Assembly (NCBI RefSeq): GCF_004323735.1
Contig: NZ_CP036455.1
Coordinates: forward strand, 241,101 to 305,100
DNA length: 64,000 nucleotides
DNA from: Streptomonospora litoralis
GTDB lineage: Bacteria; Actinomycetota; Actinomycetes; Streptosporangiales; Streptosporangiaceae
Direction: 5' to 3'
The notes beneath the pieces were generated by a model. It saw only the letters and a program-made list of their open reading frames with translations. It did not search any database and was not told the DNA's origin. The translations under genes and the position numbers were made by a program. Position 1 is the first letter of the stretch. Each line of letters opens with the position of its first letter. Positions 27,398-36,000 of the stretch are shown here, in pieces.

Positions 27398-28869
27398 GCA
27401 GTGCCGACGAGGCGGCCGCAGCCGAAGGGGACACCCGCCCTCCCGGAGGCCCTGCGGACCGGACGCCGCCTGTGTGCGCGGATACATCCGATGATCCGCT
27501 ATCCGGCGCGCCCGGCGTCGACGTCTCTCGCCCCGCAGCCGATGCGACCTCATCTTCCGCTTCCGCGAGGACGGACACCGTGCCGCAGACTCCCTCGACC
27601 GCCCGCACCACTCCCACACCGCCGGCCGCCCCGCCCGCCGGCGACCCCACAGGCGGCGCCCGCGCCTGGCTCGTGTGGGGCATCGGGGTGGGCGTCTACT
27701 TCCTGGCGATGTTCCACCGCAACAGTCTGGGCGCGGCGGCACTGGAGGCCCAGGAGCGCTTCGACGCCGGTCCCGCGCTGCTCTCCCTGCTGCCCATGCT
27801 GCAACTGCTCGTCTACGTGCTGCTGCAGGTGCCCACCGGCCTCCTCGCCGATCGGGTGGGTCCGCGTGTGTCGCTGATCGCAGGCGCGGTCCTCATGGCG
27901 CTGGGGGTGGCGATCTTCGCGCTCGCACCCTCGATCGAGGCGGCCGTCGCGGGCCGGGTGCTGATCGGCATGGGCGACGCCGTCACCTTCCTCAACGTGA
28001 TCCGCCTGGCCGCCCTGTGGTTCCCGCGCTCCCGCTACGCACTCGTCAGCGGCCTCACCGGCGTCGCCGGCGGACTCGGCCAGGCCGCCAGCGTCGCGCC
28101 GTTGTCCTTCGTGCTGCGCGGAATCGGCTGGACGGGCGCTTTTCTGTCGTTCTCCGCAGTGACGGTCGTGATGGCGCTGCTCGTGCTGCTGGTGGTGCGC
28201 GATCGCCCCTCCGGCCGGCGCACCGAGCCCGTGCAAGCGCCTGTACCCGCTCTGCAGAGCATCGCCGAGGCCCTGCGCACCCGCGGCCCACGGCTGGGCC
28301 TGGCCCACCACGCCGCGATCATGCCGCCGTACACGATGCTCGGCGTGCTGTGGGGCTACCCCTTCCTCGTCGAGGGGATGGGCTACGCGCCGGCGGTCGC
28401 GGGGACGTTGCTCTCCGGCATCGGCGCGGCCGTGCTGTGGATATCGCCGCTCATCGGCGTGGCCGTCGGACGGCGCCCCGCGGTGCGGCGACCGCTGGCG
28501 ACCGGATTGGTGAGCCTGTTCGTGCTGGGCTGGCTGACCCTGGTCGGCTGGCCCGGTGGCCTCCCGCCGACCGGATTGGTGCTGGCGGTGCTGGTGGTCA
28601 GCGCCGCGGGTGCGGTCATCGCGCCCGCCCTGTCCTTCGACTTCGCCCGCGACGGCCTGCCCGCCGAGCGCACCGGCGTGGCCTCGGGCCTGGTGAACAT
28701 GAGCGGATTCCTTACGACGGTGATCGTGACGGTGGCCGCGGGGATCATCCTGGAGGCGGGCGCCGGGTTCCAGGCGGCGTTCGTCCCGGTGACAGTGACG
28801 ACGGCTCTGGCGGGAGGCACGCTGCTCACCCTGCTATGGCGCCGGGCGCCCAGCGACGCGGCGGAGTAG
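27394..28869 (+). CDS. MFS transporter with a roughly 100-aa low-complexity N-terminal extension
   Basis: GTG start overlapping the GntR stop (GTGA). 12 predicted TM helices from ...AWLVWGIGVGVYFLAMFHRNSLGAAA... onward. The N-terminus is Pro/Thr/Ala-rich. Confidence 0.75.
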   Translation: MSSADEAAAAEGDTRPPGGPADRTPPVCADTSDDPLSGAPGVDVSRPAADATSSSASARTDTVPQTPSTARTTPTPPAAPPAGDPTGGARAWLVWGIGVGVYFLAMFHRNSLGAAALEAQERFDAGPALLSLLPMLQLLVYVLLQVPTGLLADRVGPRVSLIAGAVLMALGVAIFALAPSIEAAVAGRVLIGMGDAVTFLNVIRLAALWFPRSRYALVSGLTGVAGGLGQAASVAPLSFVLRGIGWTGAFLSFSAVTVVMALLVLLVVRDRPSGRRTEPVQAPVPALQSIAEALRTRGPRLGLAHHAAIMPPYTMLGVLWGYPFLVEGMGYAPAVAGTLLSGIGAAVLWISPLIGVAVGRRPAVRRPLATGLVSLFVLGWLTLVGWPGGLPPTGLVLAVLVVSAAGAVIAPALSFDFARDGLPAERTGVASGLVNMSGFLTTVIVTVAAGIILEAGAGFQAAFVPVTVTTALAGGTLLTLLWRRAPSDAAE

Positions 28870-28944
28870 TGGGCCGGTCGCCGCTCGGCAGCCCTATCCG
28901 GGCGCCGTGCGCCTGAGGTGGTGATCGTGTCGTTGTCCCCTCGC

Positions 28945-29247
28945 CTACTGGGGAGGCCTGTGCTGCCGGCTCTGAATGACGATCTGCTGCAGCGCGGCGA
29001 GGTGGTCGTCGATGGCCGTCCGCCCCGTGTCGGTCAGCCGCAGGCTCGTGCGCGGGAACTTGCCCGCGTAGCCCTTGTGCACCTGTACATACTCGTGCGC
29101 CTCCAGTTTCGTGATCTGCTTTGAAAGGGCTGATTTGGACAGCCCTGCGGCGTCGCAGACGAAGGAGAAGTCGGCCCAGTCGCATGAGGCGAGCAACGCG
29201 AGGATCTTCAACCGGGTGGGGTCGGCAAGCAGCGGGTCGAACTCCAT
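28945..29247 (-). CDS. ArsR-family winged-helix transcriptional regulator
   Basis: MEFDPLLADPTRLKILALLASCDWADFSFVCDAAGLSKSALSKQITKLEAHEYVQVHKG.... GGAGG RBS. The internal Met was chosen over the longer ORF. Confidence 0.7.
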   Translation of the reverse strand: MEFDPLLADPTRLKILALLASCDWADFSFVCDAAGLSKSALSKQITKLEAHEYVQVHKGYAGKFPRTSLRLTDTGRTAIDDHLAALQQIVIQSRQHRPPQ

Positions 29248-29251
29248 GGCC

Positions 29252-29725
29252 CTACCTCCGGCTTCCGGTCTTGGCCAGCCACCACTGCGCAAAGTGCGGG
29301 CCGCCCAGGGCGAGCACCAGACCCACCACCGCCCCCGGGATGACGGGGTAGGAGGCCCCGAGCACGTACTGCACGGCCGCGTTGAGCGAGAGGAACAGCG
29401 CTGACGCACCCAGCATCGTCAGGAGGGTCAGCGTGCGGGCCCTCCTGCCTGCCGCGCCGGTCAGCCGCGCCCGCCTGCCGGTAAGCCAGCCCCACCGGGC
29501 GGACATGCCGAGCAGAAAAGCCACGAGGGCGACCCCGAGCAGCACCAGTTGGAGGATTTCCGACCCCTCTGGACCCATCAGCCAGATCAGCCCCGATCCG
29601 GCGAATACCCCGCCGCCGAGTACGGCCCAACGCAACCGACCCGTCATCAGCGCCGCAGTCGCCTCCTGACCAGCGGTGCTCGCTTCGTTCAGGTCCCGCA
29701 TCGCATCCGCCGGATCCATGTCCAT
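29252..29725 (-). CDS. Membrane protein (3-4 TM helices), upstream partner of the ArsR regulator
   Basis: MDMDPADAMRDLNEAS...WAVLGGGVFAGSGLIWLMG...LVLLGVALVAFLLGM.... GGAGGG RBS. Stop 4 nt before the ArsR start. Confidence 0.55.
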   Translation of the reverse strand: MDMDPADAMRDLNEASTAGQEATAALMTGRLRWAVLGGGVFAGSGLIWLMGPEGSEILQLVLLGVALVAFLLGMSARWGWLTGRRARLTGAAGRRARTLTLLTMLGASALFLSLNAAVQYVLGASYPVIPGAVVGLVLALGGPHFAQWWLAKTGSRR

Positions 29726-30026
29726 CTTTGCCCTCCAGGCATCTAGTTTCCTAGGGGAATTTAGTTTCCTTGTAGGAAACAGTATCCGGGGTCCGGTCAC
29801 AGTGCAATCCCAGGCGACCGCCGGCGCGCCGACGCGTCGCCTCGCGGCTGACCGATTCCGGACAAGGCGCGCGAGGGGCTGCAGCGGCCTATGCCCCCTT
29901 CGGTAGGGTCGGACGGCACGTGCCGAATGCCGCTCCGCCCTGCTCCCTTTGGGGCGGTGGCGGGGTGACGGTGAGAAGTGCTGTGGCGCCGTGCGTCTCG
30001 TTCTGGGGCGGTGACGGGAGGGCGGG

Positions 30027-30671
30027 ATGGCCGGTCTGCTTGAAGCCTCCCTTTCCTTTCCTACGGTGCTGTTCAGCTTTCTGCTGCTGGTGGTCTTCGG
30101 CTATTGGCTGTTCGTCGTCCTGGGCGCCGTCGACACCGACATCCTCGACGCCGACCTCGACGCCGGATCGTCGGCGGGCGGTATCGGTGGCGCGCTGGGC
30201 GCGGTCGGCCTCGGCGGCGTTCCCGTGACCGTGGTGCTGTCGCTGCTGATCGCGGTGTCGTGGTTCGCGAGCCTGGTGGGAACCGTGCTGATCGACCCCT
30301 TGTCGGACTCCTCGCCGCTGACGATCGCCGTGGCGCTGGTCGTCCTGGTGGCGGCCGTGATCATCGCCTGGGGTGTCACCAGCGCAGTCGTGATGGGTGT
30401 GCGCAGGCTGCTGCCCGCTGAGCGTCAGCGCAGGGGCGGCGACTTCGTCGGCCAGACCTGCGTGGTGCGCACGGGCCGGGTCGACGGCGAGTTCGGGCAG
30501 GCCGAGATCTCCGGCGGCAACGGGTCGTGGTCGCTGATCGAGGTCCGCACCATCGGCGGCGAGCGGCTCACCGCGGGCAGCACCGCGCTCGTCTTCGACT
30601 ACGACGCAGACACCGGTGTCTACCGCGTCACGCCCTACGACTCGGCGCTCGATCCGGGCACTTCCGCCTAG
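30027..30671 (+). CDS. NfeD-like membrane protein (N-terminal TM helices and C-terminal OB-fold), the usual partner of SPFH/flotillin proteins
   Basis: Hydrophobic N-terminus (LFSFLLLVVFGYWLFVVLGAV...), then GDFVGQTCVVRTGRVDGEFGQAEISGGNGSWSLIEVRTIGGERLTAGSTALVFDYDADTGVYRVTP, which is typical of the NfeD OB domain. GGGAGGGCGGG RBS. Confidence 0.7.
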   Translation: MAGLLEASLSFPTVLFSFLLLVVFGYWLFVVLGAVDTDILDADLDAGSSAGGIGGALGAVGLGGVPVTVVLSLLIAVSWFASLVGTVLIDPLSDSSPLTIAVALVVLVAAVIIAWGVTSAVVMGVRRLLPAERQRRGGDFVGQTCVVRTGRVDGEFGQAEISGGNGSWSLIEVRTIGGERLTAGSTALVFDYDADTGVYRVTPYDSALDPGTSA

Positions 30672-30992
30672 CGGTCGCCGAGCCGCCTCCGGCACGGCCG
30701 AGTGGACGCCGTCGGCCCGCACTCCCTGCGCGCAGGGGTTCGCGGAACCCGGTCGGCGGCCGCCGCGTCGTATCGGACACCGCATCGGCACGGCGGCGGG
30801 CTACCGCGCGGCGCCGTCCTATCCTCCGATCCTCCTATCCCCCAACCCCCTGAGCCCACTGAACATCCCCCGATCTCCCCGCGTTCGACGCGCTCCTTCA
30901 GTTCCGCGCCCGGACCGCGCCGCCCGCCGGCGCGGCGCTTGCGGGTGCGCCCGCGTCCGAAGCTCTCCCAGGATGAAAGAGAACACCGCCTG

Positions 30993-33008
30993 ATGGATAC
31001 GAGCACCATCACCGCAGGGGCAGGCGTGCTGCTTGCCGTCGCCCTGCTGATAGTCATCGGCCTGGTCATCACGGTCGCCCGCCTGTTCCGCAAGGTCGAA
31101 CAGGGCAAGGCGCTGATCGTCTCCAAAGTCCGCAAGGTCGACGTCACCTTCACCGGCGCCGTGGTCCTGCCGGTGCTGAACAAGGCCGAGACCATGGACA
31201 TCTCGGTCAAGACCATGGAGCTGGAGCGCAGTGGCAACGACGGTCTGATCTGCAAGGACAACATCCGCGCGGACATCAGTATCAAGTTCTTCGTCCGCGT
31301 CAACCCCACGGCCGAGGACGTGCTGCGCGTCGCCAAGCTCATCGGCGTGGAGAACGCCAGCAGCCAGGACAAGCTGCAGGACCTCTTCAGCGCGAAGTTC
31401 TCCGAGGCGTTGAAGACCGTCGGCAAGCACTTCGACTTCGAGGACCTCTATACCCGCCGCGCCGAATTCCGCGACCGGATCATGGAGGTCATCGGCCAGG
31501 ACCTGAACGGCTACGTCCTCGACGACGCGGCGATCGACTACCTGGAGCAGACCCCCAAGTCCCAGCTCGACACGGACAACATCCTCGACGCGCAGGGCAT
31601 CCTCAAGATCACCGAGCTGACCAAGCCCAAGAACGAGCGCACCCACCTGCTGGAGCAGGACGAGGCCAAGGAGAAGGACCGCCAGACCACCGAGGCGATG
31701 GAGGCGCGCGAGGAGCTGCGCCGCCGCCGCGAGGAGGCCGAGGCCAAGTCCTCCCGCGAGATCGAGACGCTGAAGGCGCGCGAGGAGGCCGAGACCCAGC
31801 GGGTGCAGGCCGAGGAGCGCCTCAAGTCCCACACCGCCCACATCCGCACCGACGAGCAGCTCGGTGTGCAGCGCGAGAACCAGCAGCGCGAGATCGCCGT
31901 GGCCGAGAAGAACCGCGAGCGCGTCATCTCCATCGAGAGTGAGCGCATCGAGAAGGACCGGATGCTGGAGGTCATCGGCCGCGACCGCGAGACCGAACTG
32001 GCGCGCATCGCCAAGGACAAGGAGGTCGAGGGCGACAAGCGCGAGGTCGCCGAGGTCGTGCGCGAGCGCGTCGCCGTCGAGAAGACGGTGGCCGAGCAGG
32101 AGGAGAACATCAAGAAGCTGCGCGCGGTCGAGGAGGCCGAGCGCGATCGCCAGGCCATCGTGATCCACGCCGAGGCCGAGGCCCAGCAGAACCTCGTCAA
32201 GGACATCAAGGCCGCCGAGGCCGCCGAGCAGGCCGCCAAGCACAAGTCCGCCGAGGAGCTGACCCTGGCCGAGGCGCGCCAGCAGGCCACCGAACTCGAC
32301 ACCCGGGCCAAGATCCGCCACGCCGAGGGGCTGCAGGCCGAGGCCGCAGCCGAGGGACTGGCCCAGGTCCAGGTGCGCGAGCAGGACGCCGAGGCGGTGG
32401 AGAAGGTGGGCCGCGCCGAGGCCGCCGTGGAGCGGGAGAAGGCGACCGCGGCAGCCGAGGGCGTCCGCGAGAAGCTCAAGGCCGAGGCCGAGGGCCTCAA
32501 CGAGAAGGCCGGCGCCATGGCCGCCCTCGACGAGGTCAGCCGCGAGCACGAGGAGTACCGCCTGCGCCTGGAGACCGAGAAGGACATCCGGATGGCCGGT
32601 ATCGACGTGCACCGCCAGGTCGCCGAGGCCCAGGCCACCGTGCTGGCCACCGGCCTGGAGAAGGCCGACATCGACATCGTCGGCGGCGACGGCATGTTCT
32701 TCGACCGCATGGTCAACTCCATCGGCATGGGCAAGGCGGTCGACGGGTTCATGGGCAACTCCGACGTCGCCCAGAGCCTGGCCGGGCCGTGGATGGACGG
32801 CTCGCAGAACTTCACCGAGGACCTCTCCCGCGCACTGGGTTCGGTCGGCACCGAGGACGTCAAGAACGTCACGATCTCGGCGGTGCTGCTGCGGCTGATC
32901 AACTCCGGCGGATCCGACAGCGAGAAGATGCGCGAGCTGCTGGACACCGCGCAGCGGCTCGGTGTCGACGAGGCGCCCGTGGCCGCCCTCGACGGCGTGA
33001 AGCGGTGA
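30993..33008 (+). CDS. Flotillin-like SPFH-domain protein (YqiK/FloT-like). N-terminal TM anchor, SPFH domain, and a long E/A/R/K-rich coiled-coil
   Basis: 671 aa. MDTSTITAGAGVLLAVALLIVIGLVITVARLFRKVEQGKALIVSKV..., followed by extensive EA-repeat coiled-coil (...REEAEAKSSREIETLKAREEAETQRVQAEERLK...). Confidence 0.85.
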   Translation: MDTSTITAGAGVLLAVALLIVIGLVITVARLFRKVEQGKALIVSKVRKVDVTFTGAVVLPVLNKAETMDISVKTMELERSGNDGLICKDNIRADISIKFFVRVNPTAEDVLRVAKLIGVENASSQDKLQDLFSAKFSEALKTVGKHFDFEDLYTRRAEFRDRIMEVIGQDLNGYVLDDAAIDYLEQTPKSQLDTDNILDAQGILKITELTKPKNERTHLLEQDEAKEKDRQTTEAMEAREELRRRREEAEAKSSREIETLKAREEAETQRVQAEERLKSHTAHIRTDEQLGVQRENQQREIAVAEKNRERVISIESERIEKDRMLEVIGRDRETELARIAKDKEVEGDKREVAEVVRERVAVEKTVAEQEENIKKLRAVEEAERDRQAIVIHAEAEAQQNLVKDIKAAEAAEQAAKHKSAEELTLAEARQQATELDTRAKIRHAEGLQAEAAAEGLAQVQVREQDAEAVEKVGRAEAAVEREKATAAAEGVREKLKAEAEGLNEKAGAMAALDEVSREHEEYRLRLETEKDIRMAGIDVHRQVAEAQATVLATGLEKADIDIVGGDGMFFDRMVNSIGMGKAVDGFMGNSDVAQSLAGPWMDGSQNFTEDLSRALGSVGTEDVKNVTISAVLLRLINSGGSDSEKMRELLDTAQRLGVDEAPVAALDGVKR

Positions 33009-33012
33009 GCCG

Positions 33013-36000
33013 GTGACCGACGTCGCGACCGAGGGGTCCGCCGCCGAGGCGGACCCCTCCCCGGACCCCGCCCAGGCGTCGCCCGGAAGCGCGCTCGACG
33101 CCGGAACCTACGACGTGCTGCGGTCGCGCCTGGCCGACCGGGCCCAAGAGCTGGCCCGGCGCGCCGAGGCGCTGAACAGCCGCCGCGTCGAGGTCTTCGG
33201 CGGCAACGAGCTGTCCCTGGTCGGCACCGCACGGATCCGCACCGAAAACAACTGCGTACCGCGCGACATCGTCTCGGTCGACGGGTACATGCTGTTCGGC
33301 TACAACGTCTACATCGGGCTCAAACCCGAGACCGCCGTAGGCGACGTGTTCTCGCTGCACACCTTCGTGCGCGGCACCGAGGAGACCTCCGGCGCGTTCC
33401 GCTTCGACGACGCCGACTTCGCGCGGCTGCCCGACCTGCTGTCGGCGCCGCAGTTCCAGCGCGACTTCGGCGAGCTGTACCGCTACTACCGCGAGACCCG
33501 GCTGATGCAGTTGCGGCGAGTGGAGGAGAAGCTGCTCGCCGTCTTCCAGACCGGCCCCCGCACTGAGGACGTGCGGGTGCTGCGCTGGAAGGTGAGCGCC
33601 GACGGCGCCGTCTCCTACCTGGACAACCGGGGCCAGCGTGACCACGTGTTCCCGCCGCCTTACGACTTCGAGTGGACGCCCACGACCCGCGACGACCACG
33701 TGCAGGGCCGCCACCCGCACATCTCGGTGCTGAACGAGCTGTTCGTCGAGACCGTGGGCGGCACCCTCACCGTCAAGATCGAGAACAACACCGAGGTGGG
33801 CGAGGGCGTCTACAGCGAACCCGTCGACGAGCCGCTGCAGAGCCTGGCCGACGCGGAGGTGTCCTACGCCCGCATCGGTGCGCTCGTCCTGCTGCGCGTG
33901 CTGCCCTACAACGAGTCAGCGGCCCGCTACCTGGTCTTCAACAGCCGAACCAAGGACGTGGTGCGGCTCGACGGCATCGGCCAGGCGTGCCGGCTCCTGC
34001 CCGAGGACCAGGGCGTCATCTTCCCCGGCGGCTACTACCTGGCCACGGGCACGGCGAAGACCTTCGACGCGAAGCTGGACGACCTGGAGTTCGAGAAGGT
34101 CGTGCGCTCGCCCAACGGCGAGGACGTGCTTTACGTCTTCCACGCCCGCAAGGAGGGCCGCAGCCTGCTGCTGCCCTACAACGTCATCCGCAAGGAGGTC
34201 GCCGCCCCGATCCCCTGCCACGGCTACTCGCTGTTCGACGACGGCACCCTGGTGGTATTCCGGGCGGCCTCCGAGGAGCCCACCCGGGTGCACCCCATGC
34301 AGGTGTGGCAGACGCCCTACGTCTCCGACGAGTACGCCGCGGCCCAGCCGACGGGCACCGGCCCGCTGGAGCGGGTGGGCAACGCCGAACTCGTGCGCGG
34401 GGTGTCCGACTGCCTGTCGGTGGCGCGCATGGTCGAGGAGATGACGCCGTCGACGCCGGTCTTCGAGGCGCTGATCGCCAACTGCAAGCGGGTGTTCGAC
34501 CACTACCCCTGGCTGGACGACACCGAGCTGGGCGACCTCCACGGTCCGCTCACGGAGGTCCGCGGCACCGCCGAACAGGTCCTCGACGAGTTCGAGAAGG
34601 TGCAGGCGCTCACCGGCCAGGCCGAGAGGGCCGTGCAGGAGGCCGCGGAACAGGTGGCCTCGCTGGTGCGGCGCTCGCGCGGCGAGACGCCGCGCACCGC
34701 CGAAGGCTGGGTGGGCCGGCTGACCGAGCTGCGCCGCGCCCAGGGGCACCTGGTCACGCTGCGCGAGATGCGCTACGTCGACACCGGCCGCGTCGACGGG
34801 TTGGACTCCTCGCTCGCCGACGAGCTGGACTCGGCGGGCCGGCGCGCAGTCGAGTTCCTGCAGGGCGAGGACGCGTTCAGCGCCTACCACACCGAAGTGG
34901 ACCGGCTCGTCGCCGACGCCGAGGCCATCGGCGCGGTGGCCGAAGCCGAACCGGTGGCGGCCCGCATCGCCGAGCAGACCGAGGGGCTGGAGATCGTCAC
35001 CGAGGTCGTCGGCTCCCTGGAGATCGCCGACGCCCGGGTGCGCACCGCCATCCTGGAGCGCATCGGCGAGGTGCTGGGCGGTGTGAACCGGGCGCGCGCC
35101 ACGCTGGAGGCGCGCCGCGGCGAGCTGCTGGACTCCGAGGGGCGGGCGGAGTTCGCCGCGGAGTTCGCTCTGCTGGGGCAGGCGGTCACCGGCGCGCTGG
35201 CGGCGGCCGACAGCCCCGACCGCTGCGACGAGCAGCTCGGCCGGCTGATGCTGCAGATGGAGAACCTGGAGTCGCGCTTCGCGGAGTTCGACGGCTTCCT
35301 GGAGGAGCTCTCCGCCAAGCGGGACGACGTCTACGAGGCGTTCTCCGCGCGCAAGCAGGCGCTGCTGGACGAACGCGCGCGCCGCGCCGACCGGCTGGTG
35401 GAGTCGGCGGAGCGGGTGCTGTCCACCGTCACGCGCCGCGTCGCCGGGCTGGACTCCGCGGACGAGGTCAACACCTACTTCGCCTCCGACCCGATGGTGG
35501 CCAAGCTCCGCTCCAGTGCCGAGGAGCTGCGCGGCCTCGGTGACACGGTGCGCGCCGAGGAGCTGGAGGGGCGGCTCAAGGCCGCCCGCCAGGAGGCCGG
35601 CCGGGCCCTGCGTGACCGCGCCGACCTCTACGACGGCGGCGGCGACACCATCCGACTGGGGCGGCACCGCTTCGCCGTCAACACCCAGCCCTTGGATCTG
35701 ACCCTGGTGCCTGGCGACGGAGCGATGTCGCTGAGCATCACCGGCACCGACTTCCGGCTGCCGGTGACCGATCCCGACTTCCTGGCCACCCGCCCGCTTT
35801 GGGAGCGCTCGCTGGTCTCGGAGAGCCCCGAGGTCTACCGCGCCGAGTACCTGGCGGTGTCGATCCTGGCCGACGCAGGGGTCGGCGCGGGCCCGGTGCC
35901 GTCACTCGCCGAGCTCGACCGGGCGGCCGCCGAGGGCGGGGACGACCCCGGAGCCGGACTGCTGCCCATCGTGCGCTCGGCCGCCGAGGAGCGCTACGAC

